64,000 nt of DNA from a virus: positions 17,389 to 81,388 of IMG/VR virus record IMGVR_UViG_3300047300_001121; one strand, 5' to 3'. Under the pieces are notes generated by a model. The model had not been told where the DNA came from and did not search any database. It was given only the letters and a program-made list of their open reading frames with translations. Below, piece after piece: positions 62,994 through 64,000 of the stretch. Position 1 is the first letter of the stretch. Each line of letters opens with the position of its first letter. The position numbers and the translations under genes are program-made.

Positions 62994-63374
62994 TTAGGCG
63001 GGTTGCTCCGGGATGATCCAGGAGACGGTTTGCTCATCCCAGACGTAGTCGGCATTGTCCGGACGCGGCACGGGTGGCTCCCACAGGCAGGTGGATTCGT
63101 TCAGCGTCCACGACGGAAAAGGTTGCGGCGGGATGAAGGCGTCTTTCGCAGCGTCATAGGTGTAGCCGATGCCGGCGAAGTTTTTTCTCAATGCCTTCGA
63201 CTGGTCTTCCGAAGGCGTGTCCGAGTCGGGGAGGTAGTGAACTCCGCCTCGGGTGTTGTAGCTCGTCTCCATCCATGTCCCAGGAGTGGAATCGACGAAA
63301 GTCCGCATGAACTCCGCGTCGGCAACGATGATGTTGACAACCTTTGAATCCAAGACTTTTGCGTAATGCGCCAT
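62994..63374 (-). CDS. Tail fibre assembly protein
   Basis: RKNFAGIGYTYD...PQPFPSW. Confidence 0.75.
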   Translation of the reverse strand: MAHYAKVLDSKVVNIIVADAEFMRTFVDSTPGTWMETSYNTRGGVHYLPDSDTPSEDQSKALRKNFAGIGYTYDAAKDAFIPPQPFPSWTLNESTCLWEPPVPRPDNADYVWDEQTVSWIIPEQPA

Positions 63375-63383
63375 AACCTACCT

Positions 63384-64000
63384 TTAAGCTGTGTAGCTGC
63401 CGCTGGAAGTGAATTTCAGGATGGTGTACGAACCGCTGGTGGTCACTGTCGGAGACCCGGTTGTCAGCCCGGTGTAGTTGCTGGTTGGAATCTGGAGGAT
63501 GACCACGCCAGAACCGCCGCCGCGACCGACCGTTGTATTGCCGAAGCCGCCACCGCCACCGCCTGTGTTGACTGCGCCAGCCGTCGAGGTGCCTGGTCCG
63601 CCGTTGCCACCACCGCCAGAGCCGCCGAGACCCTGGCCTGCGTTTGATCCGCCACCGCCACCGCCACCGTAGACGGTCGTCGTGCCGGTGATCGAGCTCG
63701 TGAAGCCAGTGCCGCCGTTTCCGCCATTGCCTGTGCCAGCGTTACCAACTGCGCCAGCTCCGCCGCCACCACCACCGCCATAGGCTGTTGTTGATGCGCC
63801 GCCTGCATAACCCTGGCCGGCAGTACCTGAGCCGCCAGCCTGTGCGGCATTCATAAATCCGCCGCCACCGCCAGAGCCGCCGTTGCCGCCAGGCGCGTTT
63901 GCAGCACCGCCAGCCCCGCCTCCGTTTGCGGTAGCAAAGAGGCCAAACGAAGAGCTTCCACCCACCGCATTGACAGCACCACCAGCGCCGACTGTGACGC
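63384..64000 (-). CDS. Glycine-rich tail fibre protein (C-terminal part)
   Basis: GGGGG repeats, NTGGGGGG, GGSGVVI; frame open to the window end. Confidence 0.8.
   Translation of the reverse strand, partial: VTVGAGGAVNAVGGSSSFGLFATANGGGAGGAANAPGGNGGSGGGGGFMNAAQAGGSGTAGQGYAGGASTTAYGGGGGGGAGAVGNAGTGNGGNGGTGFTSSITGTTTVYGGGGGGGSNAGQGLGGSGGGGNGGPGTSTAGAVNTGGGGGGFGNTTVGRGGGSGVVILQIPTSNYTGLTTGSPTVTTSGSYTILKFTSSGSYTA

Larger units (their letters stand above)
1..64000. mobile_element. Temperate podovirus-like bacteriophage genome segment (excised/attP form)
   Basis: Contiguous phage modules (lysis, early, replication, repressor, recombination, int/xis, ejection proteins, tail); no host housekeeping genes. 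Confidence 0.95.

Noticed and set aside
1-64000. Stop-codon reassignment
   Set aside because: Long genes are intact under the standard code and no suppressor tRNA is present

Overview
The window is part of a temperate tailed phage genome, about 62% GC by eye, with a P22/BPP-1-like podovirus virion layout; the host is probably a Betaproteobacterium (inference). It is in the excised form, because integrase and a candidate attP are internal with phage genes on both sides. Left to right: (1) start of the late/lysis operon (- strand) with a structured leader and an fMet-like tRNA(CAT); (2) early small-gene cluster including a T3-type SAM-lyase-like gene, a beta-clamp-like domain and a ClpX-type Zn finger; (3) leftward replication/nin operon (initiator, DnaC-like loader, HU, Q-like, HslV-like peptidase); (4) HTH repressor followed by an ~840-nt promoter-to-terminator array of structured ncRNAs, one of them C4-like; (5) recombination/nucleotide genes (RecT, YqaJ, RNA ligase, SSB, RdgC, dNMP kinase, MazG-like); (6) xis/int/attP with a phage-borne tRNA-Cys; (7) virion module with a 4095-aa polyvalent ejection protein, two more ejection proteins and tail genes. 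Best leads: a hidden out-of-frame 63-codon gene nested inside the giant gene directly behind a putative effector module (candidate effector/immunity pair), the ncRNA array, two sequence-unrelated but architecturally identical pseudoknot-attenuator leaders, an attP core that mimics a tRNA-Cys anticodon arm beside a replacement tRNA-Cys, and a genome-wide CAAC-N5-GTTG operator regulon. All family calls come from motif recognition by eye; no searches were run.
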